Of a stretch of DNA of 64,000 nt, positions 13,336 to 27,269 are shown one piece after another. The position numbers and the translations under genes are program-made. The notes under the pieces are model-generated. The model had not been told where the DNA came from. It saw nothing but the letters and a program-made list of their open reading frames with translations, and did no database searches. Numbering within the stretch: position 1 is the first letter of the stretch; every line of letters starts with the position of its first letter. This DNA comes from Eledone cirrhosa (taxonomy: Eukaryota). The stretch is taken from NCBI GenBank assembly GCA_964016885.1, contig OZ024742.1, positions 282,472,001-282,536,000 on the forward strand, written 5' to 3'.

Positions 13336-13581
13336 TTAACCCATTTGTTACCAACTCTCTCAAAACTGCATCTGGTTCTATGAAACAAAACCACTTATTT
13401 TAAAGGGCTCCAATTTAAATTCAAAACTTCGAAGGTAATTTTGTTTAAGAAACTTTTGCTAAATTATATTATAAATACCATCTTAATAGTAAAATATTTA
13501 ATACTTTTGGTAAGCACTGGAAAATATTTAATAATTGGAATACACTGGAATTAATTCGAAATATGGTCATGAAAGGGTTAA
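13336..13581. mobile_element. piggyBac-like MITE; related copy at 27973-28200
   Basis: TTAA-CCC... ...GGG-TTAA ends. Confidence 0.6.
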
Positions 13582-14019
13582 GTTATAGTGTTTCTGGTAT
13601 CATGTTCTCTCAAAATCCCTTCCATATTTAATACAACAGAGTGGAGAATCTGTTTACTATTTCTAGCTTGTTGACCGAGTAGATATTTCCGTTTGGCTGG
13701 AGATGATATATATTTATATTGATATATGTGTACGATATTTGAATTCATGAAATGACTGCTTTGGGACCACGAAACACCGATCAGATAGTAATATTGATTG
13801 TTAATGACAGTTAATATTGTTAAGGTGATCGATCACAACCGAGATCTGGAGCCGTATTATGCAATCAGCTCCTTAAAATCTCAATCCTCACCGGTTGGTG
13901 CTCATTTACACATAGCAACGTCCTTATCACGATATTCCGTGTCGACAAAACGCGGTAAACACCCGTACTCACACAGAAATATAGTGAGTGCGCGTGGAAT
14001 TCCAGGTGGCTTGTTTTAG

Positions 14020-14400
14020 GGAGAGGGGTAATCATTTGATAGGCCTGGAGGAAGGGTCAGTGCCCATTGCATTCACTGGCCATCCGAGATCTAACAGATT
14101 GACGCCGTTGATGTTTTGTTTAAACTGTTGTGCGTTCACATCTTTCGGAAAGATATAACTGGAGAGGGTATTCCGGAGGGCCAGCGTTCTGAGCAGGAAC
14201 GATGGGGTGTTGTGGCTAGTGCAGAGATTTTGCGACTAGAGCTAGACACCTACATAGGTAATTGAAGGAACAGAGACGACTGAATCGGGAGTGTCTAGGT
14301 GAAATTGAGGTGAGTCAGGCCAACTCTGACGATGAGAAACCATTTTAGTAACTGTAGAAGAGGCACATGTCTGTGGAACAAAAGCTAGAGAGAAAAATGA
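14020..14400 (-). mobile_element. Decayed CR1/L2/Jockey-group LINE 3' end
   Basis: Minus-strand translation resembles the LWNxLP....F...IN C-terminus (RTLALRNTLSSYIFP..QQFKQNIN). Confidence 0.45.
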
Positions 14401-15319
14401 GTTTAGCCCCGAAATATTATGAGAATTATGAGGTAAAAGTGATTATTATTGTTTTATTTTATCTTTAAAAATGGGTCCTAAACTAAAATATAAGATAAGT
14501 GTAAACTGTTAGTTTATTTTGTCTTACTTCACTCCCGTTTCCATTCCTTTATTTCTAACTTACATTGTTCTGGCTTTCCTAAAACAATTTCAGCAACATA
14601 TCACACAATATGAACTACCCACAATATAAACTACCCACAGTATGAACTACCCACAATATAAACAATATGAGGAAATATCGAAATATATCTTAATATGATA
14701 AAGTTACGAGATATCGAATAATCTTATCAAGAGAATATAAGATTTGATAAATATCATGATGCTGGCTTAGAAGATAATGCTTAACTGTATAGATAAACCT
14801 CGTATAAACTGGATGATGAGAATGGTGGAGCCTTAATCGGTTTAAAATATGATCAATCAATCGTTTAATCAACTGAACACCCGACTTGTGGTTGAGTATT
14901 CCACTAACGCATGAACTCTTGACGTACTTTCGGGTAAAATCAGCATGACACGGTAGGTGACACAGTTGGACATTTAAATTACAAGTGCAATCCATCTAGC
15001 AGGCTTCCACACAGCTTCCGTCAACGCAATTCACGCACAAGGCAATGATACTTGCCAAATATACTAGGCAGTAGGATCAAACCCGGGTCCTCATGAATTA
15101 GATGCGAACGCTTTAATCCTTTGTCCATACTGCTTCGATGCACATTTTTATCTAGCAATTTTCATTCACAAGGCTTGGATCGACCGCATTAGGATGGAAA
15201 CCGGAATCTTATGATTACAACGGAAACTTTTTTGAATAATCAGTCGTTCTGCAGAGACAAACCATATATATGTACAATGACTAAATACCCTCAATATAAA
15301 TATGTTGTTTAAGATACGC

Positions 15320-15510
15320 CAGATTTTATGGGTAAAACCAACCGGAAAGAGACCCAGGCATAGACCCCGAGCAAGATGGTTGGATAACATCCATGAGATG
15401 GTCATGCTTGGGGATCAAGCCGGATAGGTTGGAGACGGTTGCTTCTGACAGTAGTCACTGGAAGGTGTGTTTGAGGACTCTGCCCCCAGGAACCTCCCAG
15501 GAAGAAGAAG
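15320..15510 (+). mobile_element. RTE-clade LINE 3' fragment
   Basis: Translates GKRPRHRPRARWLDNI, matching the G.R.RGRP..RW.D motif; ends in GAAGAAGAAG. Confidence 0.65.
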
Positions 15511-16164
15511 ATACACGAACACATTATACGACTAACTCATACTACTGACATATTGCCATGTACTCGATTTCTTCCAGAGAGAGAGAGAGTGTGTGTGTGT
15601 ATGGGGTTGTGAAAGAGGTATAGAGAATGAGTAGACCCTACTATTGAACTGATACTTTGTTTATCGATCACGATAGACTGAGAAGCAGACATCACCCCGC
15701 GTAAATTTGAACTCAGAGCGCAAAGAACTGGAACAAATATAAAGAAACATTTTATCCGACATTCTAATGATTCAGCCAATTTACCGAATTAGATGGCGAA
15801 AAACGTGGGGCATACAATTTATCTTGTTCCATGAAGGCAGGAAAGCCGATATTTTAAGTGTCCTTGAAAGTCGCATGGCTGTAGAATTTCTGAAATGTTA
15901 AGGAGTTCATTTCGTGATCGTTACATCCTGGGTTCAATTCCACAGCGTGGCACTTTCAGCAATTGTCATTGCTATAGCCTCGGGTCGACCCATACCTTAT
16001 AGGTGAAATTGGGTTAAGCGAAACTGTTTGGAAGCCCATCGGACTGAATGTACTTATAATTCAAAACGCCAACCTTATCACACAGTGTTAATGTGAATCT
16101 CCCTTATGTTAAAAGTACAAATGTCAGTTATATGCGCAGCCACTGGCACATTAATTTCATTAGT

Positions 16165-16335
16165 GAATTGGCAGTATCGGTAGAGCGTCAGACACCATGC
16201 TTTACACCATGCGTTCTGAGTTCAAATCCCGCTGAGGTTAACTTTGCCAGTCATCCTTACGGGGTTGATAAAATAAAGTACCAGTAATGCAGTGGAATAA
16301 TTGCTGGCCTTGTGCCAAAAGTAGAAACAATTAAT
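16165..16335 (+). mobile_element. SINE family 1 (another copy on the minus strand at 15630-15790)
   Basis: Diagnostic core and tail. Confidence 0.8.
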
Positions 16336-16669
16336 TTCATTAGCAGGATCTGGCTGTTTGGTTCATCAACAAACAACTAGAACATTCATCGTCGAAACTG
16401 ACGGGTATCCATTCCATCAGTTTAAAAAAAACTCGTTGAAAATTTTTTTGGTCGGTTTTTTCTTGTCATTTTTTTTTTTTTGCTGGGTTTTTTTTTCTCT
16501 CAATTTCTCTCAATTTCTCTCAAGATTCTTACATTATGTGGAAAGTTTTCTCTTATTTGTCTGATAAACATCTAGTATGTTTACTACCAGGAATCTATCA
16601 GAAGTTGTATTGCGGACGATTTCATTGATTATCTTCCCATGGGTTTGTATGTTTATACGGTTCCTTATT

Positions 16670-16681
16670 TGTGAGTGTGTT

Positions 16682-16755
<74 letters not shown>

Positions 16756-17015
16756 AGTGTGTTGGCGTGTGTGTGTGCGTGTATGAGTGTGTGTGTTTGT
16801 GTGTGTGTGTGCGTGCGTGTTGGTGTTTGGTGTGTTGCTGTGTGTGTGCACGCACGTATGTGTGTGTGTGTGCATGAGTGTGTTTGGGTGGGTGGGTGCG
16901 TGTGGGTGCGGGTGCGTTGGAGTGTGTGTGTGTGTGAGCGTGTATGTGTGTCTATGTATGTGTGTGTTTGTATGTGTATATGTGTATGTGTATGTGTGAG
17001 TGTGTTGGTGTATGA

Positions 17016-17052
<37 letters not shown>
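16670..17052. repeat. (GT)n microsatellite complex
   Basis: Directly visible. Confidence 0.95.
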
Positions 17053-17055
<3 letters not shown>

Positions 17056-17214
17056 CCTCTATGCACATACATGTATGTAGTTGCTGTGAAGGCACGTTGA
17101 TTATCTGTTAGGGTATTCGGCTCACGATTTTGAGTTTGATTCCAAAAGACCAATCAAAAATCTAAACATGACTGGCTAAAAATGAAAGACTCTTGAAAGC
17201 CGTGGCCTCCAAGG

Positions 17215-17517
17215 CGGCCAATTGACGGATAGAATGCTTTATGGTATTCAATCTGGTCCTCTGCTCTCTGAGTTCAAATCTCACCAAGGTCAAATTTGCC
17301 TTTCATCAAGGTCGATAAAAAAAGTACCAGTCTAGTACTGGGGTCGATTCTTCCTCTATATATCTTTCTCATTTCCTCTCCCTTATTTTGTATCTTCCCT
17401 TGGAGGAAATCTGGTGTACTCAGACCTGGAGAGGATGGACTCCGCCAGGCTTAAAATGCCCAAGAAGCACCATATGTCAATACGGCGCCCCTACAACTTT
17501 ATCAGGAGTTACGGGAC

Positions 17518-17520
<3 letters not shown>
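17215..17520 (+). mobile_element. SINE family 1 head and core with an alternative ~170-bp tail; inverted second copy at 18893-19220
   Basis: Tail ATGTCAATACGGCG..ATCAGGAGTTACGGGA is shared by both copies. Confidence 0.75.
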
Positions 17521-17596
<76 letters not shown>

Positions 17597-18197
17597 ATAT
17601 ATATATATATATATCCATATATATATATATAGGAAAAGAGTCAGAACCCCGACGGCTGAGCTCCGGTTGTTTCGACTGCTAGATCCGAACAGTACGACTC
17701 TATCAGGAGTTACAGTACCATACTCTACATACCATACTATAAATACTAGATTTACTCATAAGAATGGTACGAGTTTCGGGGCGGAGTAACGATGATGAAA
17801 GGAGGAGGGAGCAAGACACGTGGGGCTGGGGACTATAAATGGACGTTAACCAGTTCCGAGGAACAGAGGATAGTGTAGTAAAGGTTAGAAAAAAACAGAG
17901 AATGGGAGCAGAAGATCTATAGGCCAGAGGCAGGAATATGTCTGCCAGTGACTATATGCCAACCAGACACGTGGCTTTTATCTGGACGCTGTTTAGAATA
18001 TAGAGTGAAACAGAGATTGATGCTGGAAACATTTTCAACCAACAAACCTATTATTCATTAACTACAAAGTAAAACAGATAAAATATAACCTGTGTTGTCC
18101 TTACATAAGCAGAGAATTTGAACTCACTCGCACACCACCCAGTCAACTATCTCACATCTATACAGCAATTAGCGTATATATATTCATGTGTAAACTG

Positions 18198-18391
18198 CAC
18201 ACCTGCCAACCTCTAAAAATCCAAACGGGGAGTACCATGAAAAAAGTGCCCCAAAATGGGGAGAAATGAGGCAAAATGACGAAATTTTACATAATGAAAG
18301 CTATACCCATTTTCACAAGAGAAGACATCTCTCATCCACCCCAACGTGGGTGGGAGATCTCCCCGCCCGGCAGGGAGAGTTGACAAGTCTG
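18198..18391. mobile_element. hAT-like MITE; second copy at 19561-19754
   Basis: Ends CA(C/G)ACCTGCCAAC ... GTTGACA(A/G)GTCTG; the two ~194-bp copies align end to end. Confidence 0.7.
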
Positions 18392-20194
18392 ACTATCTTA
18401 CATCTACACAGCGTTTAGCGTATATATTCATGTGTAAACAATGTGACTCAACCATTCTCCAGACAATATTTAGAATAGAGTATATAAAATAAATTGATTT
18501 TTTTGTAGGTGGTAGTTTCAGTAGATTTTATAGGGCCATGTTTTAGGTGGTATTTTCATGGGAAAGGCTACTTGCATCTTATAAGGCCATGTATGTGTTA
18601 TAATATCATCATGTAACAATATAAAACAGAGTCATTTTACAGTTTTTAAAAATATTGTAGTACGGATAGAAGTAGAAGGAAAATAAACTTCATGAGTAAT
18701 CGTTGAAAAGAATCTATATGGATTAGACGGAAACCGTTGCATTAAGTTTCTCTTTAGCAAACAGCTAATATAATAAAATAATTGAATTCGGAATGCATGG
18801 ATATAATATAAGCAAATCCATACGACACAGCAAGGCTGGTAAAGACATTTCAATTAATCGATAACAATATATCTATATGCATGTATGTCTGTATGATCCC
18901 GTAACTCCTGATAGAGTCGTAGGGACGCCGTATTGACATACGGCGTTTTGGGGGTATTTTAATCCTGGTGGTGCAAATCTCTCTCCAGGATTGATTTCAG
19001 CAGATTTCTTCCAGAGAAAGATAGAAAGTGAGAGAGAGGAAATGAGAAAGATATATAGAGGAAGAACTGACCCAAGTACTAGATTTGTACTTTATTTAAT
19101 CGACCTCGAAAGGATGAAAGGCAAAGTTGATCTCGGTGAGATTTGAACTCCGAGAGCCGGAAAGAATCCCATAAAGCATTCTATCTGACGTTCTAACGAC
19201 TCTGTCAATTCACCGCCTGTAATATATCTTTAACAATCGCATAAACACAGTGTGCTGTCGTGGTGTTTAGTAAAATGCTGTATTAAATTATTCAGTCTAT
19301 TGACATTTCAAACGGCACATAGTCTCATAGGTTCAATTCGACACACAGGCAGACACGTGCGTATAAAAAAGACGAAGAGATGCGCTCGTTAGTTTTTTTC
19401 GTCCTTTTGCTAAGCGTAGTGTTGCGAGCAGTGCAACATTTGTATCAGCAACAATTGTTCGTCCCCTCCATCCTTCTGCTAGAAGTGTACTACCGGTGAC
19501 TAGTGCAGCGCTTACATCGGCGGCAACCGTTCGTTCTCTCTGTTCTTCGGCTAAGAGTAGCAGAACTGCTAACCTCTAAAATCTCAAATGAGGAGTGCCA
19601 TGAAAAAAGTGCCCCAAAACGGTGAGAAATGAGGCAAGATAAAGTGATTTTACATAATGAAAGCAATACCCATTTTCACAAAAGACGATATTTCTCACCC
19701 ACTCCAAAGTGGGTGGGTGATCTCCCCATCCGACGGGGAGAGTTGACAGGTCTGGTGTATGTGTGTGTGTGTGTGTGTGTAGTTACGAGAATGAGTACTC
19801 AATACTGTATTAGAGATTAATATATTAAGGTCTGGCGTAGCACTGCGAGCAGTGCTGTACTTTCATCGGCGGCGGCCGTTCGCACTCTCCGTCCTTCTGC
19901 TACACATGCCCTTCTTGTAGGCTTTGCCCGCTTGCATTGGCTGTGACATAAAGGTTTAGCATATATGTACAAATTACATACAAGAATTTGTGTAATTGTA
20001 ACTTTGGATAAATAACTATTTACAGTGACAAACTTTGAGTTAGAACGCAAGACCTTGTGATAGAAAAGTGAACTTCTTATTGTAAGAACCTAACTGATAT
20101 AGGAAATACATTGTGCGCATGTTTGTATGTCTGCGTGTTTGTGTGTATGTGTGTAAATTTGAACGATTGACAATGAAATATATATCTAAATTGA

Positions 20195-20372
20195 TACATA
20201 CATACATACATACATACATACATACATACATACATACATACATGCATACATCCATACATACATTCATACATACATACATACATACATACATACATACATG
20301 CATACATACATACATACATACATACATACATACATACATACATACATACATACATACATACATACATACATA
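20195..20372. repeat. (CATA)n microsatellite
   Basis: Directly visible. Confidence 0.95.
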
Positions 20373-20988
20373 CTATATAAATGATGTATTATTATGGTTG
20401 ATGACATCAGATAGACACATGAACATGTAAACATCTATTCAAACCCGGATGTTAATTTTGGTTGCTGTTGTATATGCCTTTTGTAGTTGTTGTTCGTTGT
20501 TGCAGTAGGTATTATCATATTGTTGTTATTCTCGTTGGCACCATTCAGCTTGTTATTGTGGTGGTTCCTAATTTTGATGTTGTTTGTCGTTGTTCTCGCT
20601 GTTTCTCCTATTTGTTGCTGTTGTTTGTAGCTTATCTCTGCTATAACCTGTTTATATTTACGATGGAATACAGAATGATTAAGTACAAACATGGATACAC
20701 ATCAACACATGTCTGTATATACGAGTGTGTATGTATATGTATGTGTGGGTGTATTATAAGTACCCATGTTATGTATTTGAGTACACAAATGAAGATATAC
20801 TCTTCAATTACATATCTACATTTGGAAGATTGAAATATATTTCTTAGTAGATTGAACATCTTCAAATAACTTCTAAACTATATAAGTGTGTGTGTGAGTG
20901 TGTTTGCCTGTGTGCGTGCGTACGTCTAGGTATATGTATGCCTCTATGACTACATATACGTATTTTATATATTCAAACACACACGCAA

Positions 20989-21057
<69 letters not shown>

Positions 21058-21091
21058 CATATTATGCGCATTTTATTTCATGTATAACTTG

Positions 21092-21147
<56 letters not shown>

Positions 21148-21177
21148 CCTGCGTATGTGTGTTTGTATGTGTTCATG

Positions 21178-21235
<58 letters not shown>

Positions 21236-21238
21236 TTA

Positions 21239-21269
<31 letters not shown>

Positions 21270-21312
21270 GTACATATATATATATACATATATATATTTT
21301 GTGTGTATGTGT

Positions 21313-21385
<73 letters not shown>

Positions 21386-21562
21386 CTGTATCTTTTTGTT
21401 TGTTTGTTTTTGTTGTTTGGTTAACATTGCCAATTCCCCAATATTCTTAGATTATTTAATTTCCTACACTGTTGCGAAGTTAATCAATTTTCATATTCCT
21501 CAATTTTATCTCTTTGACTATTTGCAGTCCAAAACACCGAGAAAGAGAGAGAGAAAGATAGA

Positions 21563-21676
21563 GAAGAAGAAGAAGAAGAAGAAGAAGAAGAAGAAGAAGA
21601 AGAAGAAGAAGAAGAAGAAGAAGAAGAAGAAGAAGAAGAAGAAGGGAAAAAACAAATCAAGATCAACAATAAATAG

Positions 21677-21731
<55 letters not shown>

Positions 21732-21750
21732 CAATAACAACAACAACAAC
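21563..21750. repeat. (GAA)n, (AAT)n and (AAC)n trinucleotide tracts
   Basis: Directly visible. Confidence 0.95.
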
Positions 21751-22357
21751 ATCAATGGTAAAAATGGTGAATTTTCTGGAAAACAACTACGGCGACGACG
21801 ACGACGACGACTACAACAACTTTAACAAACATTGAAATGGTTGAACAGAATGCGATATCGTGTATCCCTTAGAAGAAAAGAAGAAAAATATATATATTTT
21901 ACATCTTTATTATCGATATTACAGATTATTGTTGTTGGTGATGTTGTTACTGCTGTTACAGTTGTTGCTGTAATTGTTGTTGTTCTTGTTGTTTTTGTTG
22001 ATTTTGCTGCTATTTTTCCGTTGTTGGTGTTGTTCTTATTGTGGATTTTGTTCTTGATATACTACATCGAGGAAAACATGCATAGAAGTGTATCGGTTTA
22101 TTAAGGATATTCAGACTTAGCGAAAAATGTTGGAAGCTTAAAATGAAATGTTGAAATTTAACCAGAATTTATTGAAAATGCATTAACATTTTTTTTTTTG
22201 TAGTTTTCAAAGTAAACAAGAATATTCAAGGCAGTTGTTTTCATAGGTCCAGGTCAAGTTCATCCCCTTGCGATCCCAGATTTCCTCAATTTATCCCCCA
22301 TTTTGAATTGTCATCTAATATATTTTTTTATTATCATACTTTAACGGTGTTAGGGCT

Positions 22358-22570
22358 GTGGATTGGCAGTATCGGTAGAGGGTCGGATACCATACTTTGC
22401 AGCATAGAGTTACGGTCCTTTACGTTCTGAGTTCAAATCCCGTCGAGGTTAACTTTGCCTTTCATCCTTACGGGGTCGATAAAATAAAACACCAGTAACG
22501 TACTGGGGTCGATTTAATCGACTTTCCCCTCTCCCCAAATTACTGGCCTTGTGTCTATACTAGAAATCAT
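22358..22570 (+). mobile_element. SINE family 1
   Basis: Diagnostic head, core and tail. Confidence 0.85.
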
Positions 22571-25500
22571 TGTACTTTAACAGTGTTAATTATGAAAACA
22601 ATTATGAAAAGAATAAAAACATCACTTTTTTAGTGAACTGTTAATTCGTGATCCTCCTCATAGTTGGGTATAATTGTTACACATCCGCATTGTACAATAT
22701 TCCTTCCAAGTTTGATTTCCTCCCCTGATTAATATCCTTCCAAAATTCCTCCTTGACTAAAACTCCTTCCCAGGAAGCCAAGTGCCCCCATATGAGGGTC
22801 GATGGTTTAAGGTCAGCAAATAATGTGCTAGAATGTCCTAATATTTATAGATTCTTCTAATATTATATTCTGAAACGTTCCTATGTCTACCTTCATGGTC
22901 AGTACAACCATTAAGACCAGCTAGGCGACCAGATTGGGAAAAGAGAGGCGCAGATCTAAACTTTAATGGGTCACAGTTTTATACAACCTTGAATGGTGGA
23001 AATTATTATATATTTAATTAAATTACACAAGTTTGTATAAAACTGAGACCCTTTAATGCTTAGAATGCTATTTTTAGAGTATTTCCTCGTGGAACCTTAT
23101 TGAATGGGTTGGACGTCTACCTCATATTGGTGTACTGGAGGACATGTAGACTCATATTTTTGGATATAATTTTACTTCTGGTGTTGCCGTTTACATTCAA
23201 CTCAAGTAATTCGTCCGAAAAACAAATATAAAATGAACGCAGTTAGACAAATAATAAACAAACAATGAAATAAAATAAAATAAAATAAATTCAATTTCAC
23301 AGCAAAACGCACATATTGTACACAAGAAAAATAATGATATTTTTTACAGTTATGCACATTATTTTCAAACATTTTGAACAATACCTTTAACAAACACACA
23401 TCCTGCCAAAAGAAGAAGACAGCATTTTTTTCATAATGGAAAATGTTATTTTGAATAACACAAAAGAGACTGTCAACAGTTATTTCTATCAAGAGAAAGG
23501 TGCTGAAAATGAGAGTACTCTAGCGCAGAAAACATTTGCGTCGAACAGTCCTTACCTGAGCTCTTTATCCAAGAAGGAGCAAAGATGATGGCTACTTAAC
23601 TCTGCACCTCAAAACATGAGGTATTTCCTTTATCCTCAAAGTAAACCTGGAAGTAACCTTGGAGGATTTGTGGAGCGATACCACTTACATCGACGAGGAT
23701 AGGGATTAAAGGGCAGTATTTCTGATTTTGAACAACGAAGATGAGCAGAAAAAGCATCCTAACTGTCGCACCATATGCTTGCCCATAAGTTGATGCCGCA
23801 AAATATGGAACGATGCAACACTGGGATTATGGTGGCAGACACTCGTGATGAAGTTGATTGTTGGTTCGTGGTCTTCTTTGTGACTCAGTATAACGTGGTA
23901 AGTGCCGAAGTAACTAGAAACGACATGTGCTTGGGTAGGGAGTTCTGCATGAACATTCAAGTTCTAATGAACCTACGAAGACGAGAAACCTATTTCGAAG
24001 ATGTGCCTCATCGTGGGTTCAGACGACTGGTTGTGCAGAGCTGAAGGCCCAGTTACTATAAGTATTTTTAGCTCGTCGAGCAAGCACATCATTTTCTAAA
24101 TTGTTAAAACAGACCGAGGCTTATCACGATTTCATTGATGTGAAGCGATCGAAAGTACAATACTTTCCGATTGGGTGTACTGAAGCAACATAAAATTAAG
24201 TTTCTGGCTCAGGGACACAAGTCACTGCTAGTCCGGGGATCCATCACTTTTACATGGGCTCGACAAACAACACAAAGACTTCAAGCCAACAAAAAGTCCG
24301 TCTACGTTGTTGATAAACCTGCTAGGAATAACGGCCAAATCTTCTTCGAACCACATCCCAACAGAAATCACCTTAGTTCATGGCTGAGCACGAGTTGGCA
24401 CCTAGATAGCTCCTTTCCCAGGTGTAAGACTATCTAAGGTGTTGCGTGGGAGACCATCAATTGCCTATGTATGCAAATTTCTCCTCTCCACGGTCGAATG
24501 CATAACGTCCGACGCTCTTACAATTCTCTCAATCAACAACTCTTGAATTAGTAATTTGTTTTATCGACCCCGAAGGGATGAAAATCAAAATTGACCACGG
24601 CGGGATAAAGCATTTTAATCCGACGCTCTAACTATTCTGCCAATTCACCGTATGGGATTTAGTTCATAGAACAACAATTCTGAAGAATCAAAATGGGAGG
24701 TTTTATGTCTTGACTTGAAAGCTATTGATCACAGGTCATCACAATAAGGACTAACCTAGGGCTAAACAAGAACGACAGCAACATTATGAAAAGTGTATTG
24801 GTGATGAGGGAACGGACCATATGGGACTGGAAAAGCAATAAGTGTTGAAAGGTTGGTATTAATTAACGTGTTTTAAGTTGATAAAGTTGGACTTAATTAA
24901 TGTCAAAGTGTGATATTAATTTAGTTGTTAAAACTTGTCGACTTTTCACCATCTGTGGAATCGGTGGTGACAGTTGTGCCACTGGAGACGTTGGTGCAAC
25001 TGATGTGATAATTGGTTACATACACTCAACGAGTTCCTTCTCTATAATATATATACACATACGCACATATATATATGTATGTATATATAAACACGCACAT
25101 ATACATATAACTATATATATGTGTGTGTATGTGTGTGTGTGTGTGTGTGTGCGTGTGTGCGTGTGTGTCTGCATGTGTGCGTGTGTGCGTGTGTGTGTGT
25201 CTGCATGTGTGCGTGTGTGCGTGTGTGTGTTTGCATGCACATGAGAGAATTTAACGGGAAATTAGACGGTGGGAAATATATAGGAATACGGAAAATAGAC
25301 AACCAAATCAAACCGACATGAACACGAAATCCCATCTTCAGCTATCGACTGGATGTCATCGTGATTTCGATATATATATATATGCATATATCTAGAGAGA
25401 GAGAGAGAGTGAGAGAGAGAGAGAGGGAAAGAGTGTGAGAGAGAGAGAGGGAGAGAGAGGGAGAGACAGACACACAGACATGCATATAATCAGGCAATTC

Positions 25501-25657
25501 GTTGTGATTACCTCTATATCCAGTGCAATTATTATTCTACACGCCTGTTGTTGGTGGTGTCTGTCGTGGTAGCTGTAGTCGTGTTGCGAATTATGATGGT
25601 TATTGTGTAGTTGGTGATGATAGGGTTGGTATTAATGATGTTGTTGGTGATTATTAT

Positions 25658-25945
25658 GTGAAGGCACATGGCTTAGTGATTAAAACATTCGGTTTTTGAT
25701 TGAATGGCCATGAGTTCTATTCCCAGCAGTTTGTTGTTTCAATAAGAAAGACACATTATTTCACGTTGCTCCAGGTCACTCGTTCGGCAAAAATAAATTA
25801 CATATGTCTTTCAAAAAGGCTGCCTTGTAACTCACTGCATTACACTGAATCTTTTTATCTATGTTAAGGGTACACGTGTCTAGAATATGCACAACTAATG
25901 CATCAAACGACTAGAATACTCGTTATGGGAACCGACGGATGTTGA
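25658..25945 (+). mobile_element. SINE family 2
   Basis: GTGAAGGCACATGGCTTAGTG head; AAGACACATTATTTCACGTTGCTCCAG core. Confidence 0.7.
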
Positions 25946-25994
25946 AAAACAACATTAGAGATAGTGATGATGTTGATGGTGGTTGTGATGCTGT

Positions 25995-26510
25995 TTCTAA
26001 ACCTAACGTTGTTTACTGGTTGTAGACATAACTTTGTTTGCTGGTTGTAAACCTAACGTTGTTTACTGGTTGTAGACATAACGTTGTTTGCTGGTTGTAG
26101 ACATAACGTTGTTTACTGGTTGTAGACATAACGTTGTTTACTGGTTGTAGACATAACGTTGTTTGCTGGTTGTAGACATAACGTTGTTTGTTGGTTGTAA
26201 ACATAACGTTGTTTACTGGTTGTAGACATAACGTTGTTTGTTGGTTGTAGACATAACGTTGTTTGCTGGTTGTAGACATAACGTTGTTTGTTGGTTGTAA
26301 ACATAACGTTGTTTACTGGTTGTAGACATAACGTTGTTTACTGGTTGTAGACATAACGTTGTTTACTGGTTGTAGACATAACGTTGTTTGCTGGTTGTAG
26401 ACATAACGTTGTTTGTTGTTTGTAAACATAACGTTGTTTACTGGTTGTAGATATAACATTGTTTGCTGTTTGTAAACATAACGTTGTTTGCTGGTTGTAG
26501 ACATAACGAT
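25995..26510. repeat. 25-bp minisatellite, ~20 copies
   Basis: Unit TGTAGACATAACGTTGTTT(A/G)CTGGT. Confidence 0.95.
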
Positions 26511-26876
26511 GTTGGTTGTGGTTGTAATGTCGATGATTGTTAGAGCTCGGTGTAGCGTTGATGGTCGTGTAATGTTGATGGTTGCATTGCTTGTAGAGTT
26601 CTTGGAAGTAACATTTAGTACTAGTTGAGGTGAACCTGGTTGTGCTGTTGGCAACTGTACTGGTGAGGGGATGGTCGTTGTGATTTTGATAGTGTTGTTT
26701 ATAGTGATCGAGGTAGGTAGAATGGGGTGATGATGATGCAGTAGTGAGATGCGGCAGTTGATAACATTGGTGGTGATTGTGGTGATGTTGCTGGTAGTGG
26801 GGGGGGGGTAGTGGTAGTGATGGCGATGATGGATGTGGTGATGGAAGACCATACAGATTAAGGCCCCAATTAGGTT

Positions 26877-26877
<1 letters not shown>

Positions 26878-26972
<95 letters not shown>
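26878..26972. repeat. (GATA)n microsatellite
   Basis: Directly visible. Confidence 0.95.
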
Positions 26973-27269
26973 GTAGGTAGGTAGCTAGATATATTCCTTA
27001 ATGCAATAATCAGTCAATTCCAATGGTTAGTTCCAACAAAGCTTCCTCGCTCCCACTTTTCTGTCACCATTACAACCACCCGACACCACTCCATCTGTGC
27101 CATTGCCTCCCAAACTAATCAACCTGTTTTTCAATATCTCATCTGCTGCAACATTCATTCCATTCCTTCGTCCACCACTATCACCACCACCACTACCACC
27201 GATTCATTCAAATATTTTGGTCACCTTAATTAGCCTTATTAATCATTTACTGACCACTCAGCAAGATAA

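Noticed and set aside
23500-24140. Possible decayed coding sequence
   Set aside because: Short ORFs with no motif I can recognise; needs a translated search
25995-26510. Possible CRISPR-like array
   Set aside because: Contiguous 25-bp units with no unique spacers; eukaryotic minisatellite
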